Below, one piece after another: positions 63,830-64,000 of a stretch of 64,000 bases of DNA (the first letter of the stretch is position 1; every line of letters starts with the position of its first letter). The stretch comes from Lingula anatina (Eukaryota > Animalia > Brachiopoda): NCBI GenBank assembly GCA_051362555.1, contig CM120642.1, positions 18,042,001-18,106,000 of the forward strand. Direction: 5' to 3'. Both the position numbers and the translations under genes were made by a program. The notes below the pieces were generated by a model. It did not search any database and was not told where the DNA came from. It was given only the letters and a program-made list of their open reading frames with translations.

Positions 63830-64000
63830 TCTGATGTTTGAATTAGTCCTCTACGCTATTCAAATCAAGAAGTGACGTAACCGCAGAGGTCACCGTACAC
63901 CGGGCTTACGAAAAATAAGCCATGCCATTGGACAATGCGACCTCTGCGGTTACGTCATTTCCTGAATTGGATTGTAGAGAGGACTAATTCAAACATCAGA
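63830..64000. mobile_element. Fold-back MITE running off the window end
   Basis: tctgatgtttgaattagtcctct..tgacgtaaccgcagaggtc is mirrored by gacctctgcggttacgtca..agaggactaattcaaacatcaga. Confidence 0.75.

Overview
AT-rich, intron-rich animal genomic DNA, probably a marine invertebrate or lophotrochozoan (inferred from the gene families and repeats; the species cannot be determined). Genes in order: (1) the 3' half of NAA15/16 (+), whose introns host two SNORD62-like C/D snoRNAs, a SNORA13-like H/ACA snoRNA and a further H/ACA candidate; (2) pirin (+), with an in-frame N-terminal extension and two duplicated alternative terminal coding exons; (3) a signal-peptide-bearing sarcoplasmic-calcium-binding-protein (SCP)-like EF-hand gene (-) plus a 5'-truncated tandem paralog; (4) a repeat-rich interval; (5) a divergent AIFM1-like flavoprotein (-) lacking most of the regulatory C-loop and its anchor residues; (6) head-to-head with it, an INF2-like formin (+) with no FH1 polyproline domain; (7) a repeat-rich tail. 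Introns carry many MITEs, Helentron-like satellite elements and retroelement relics. Exons were assembled by hand from GT-AG sites and frame continuity. Comparisons to human or other proteins and RNAs are from memory and need alignment to confirm.
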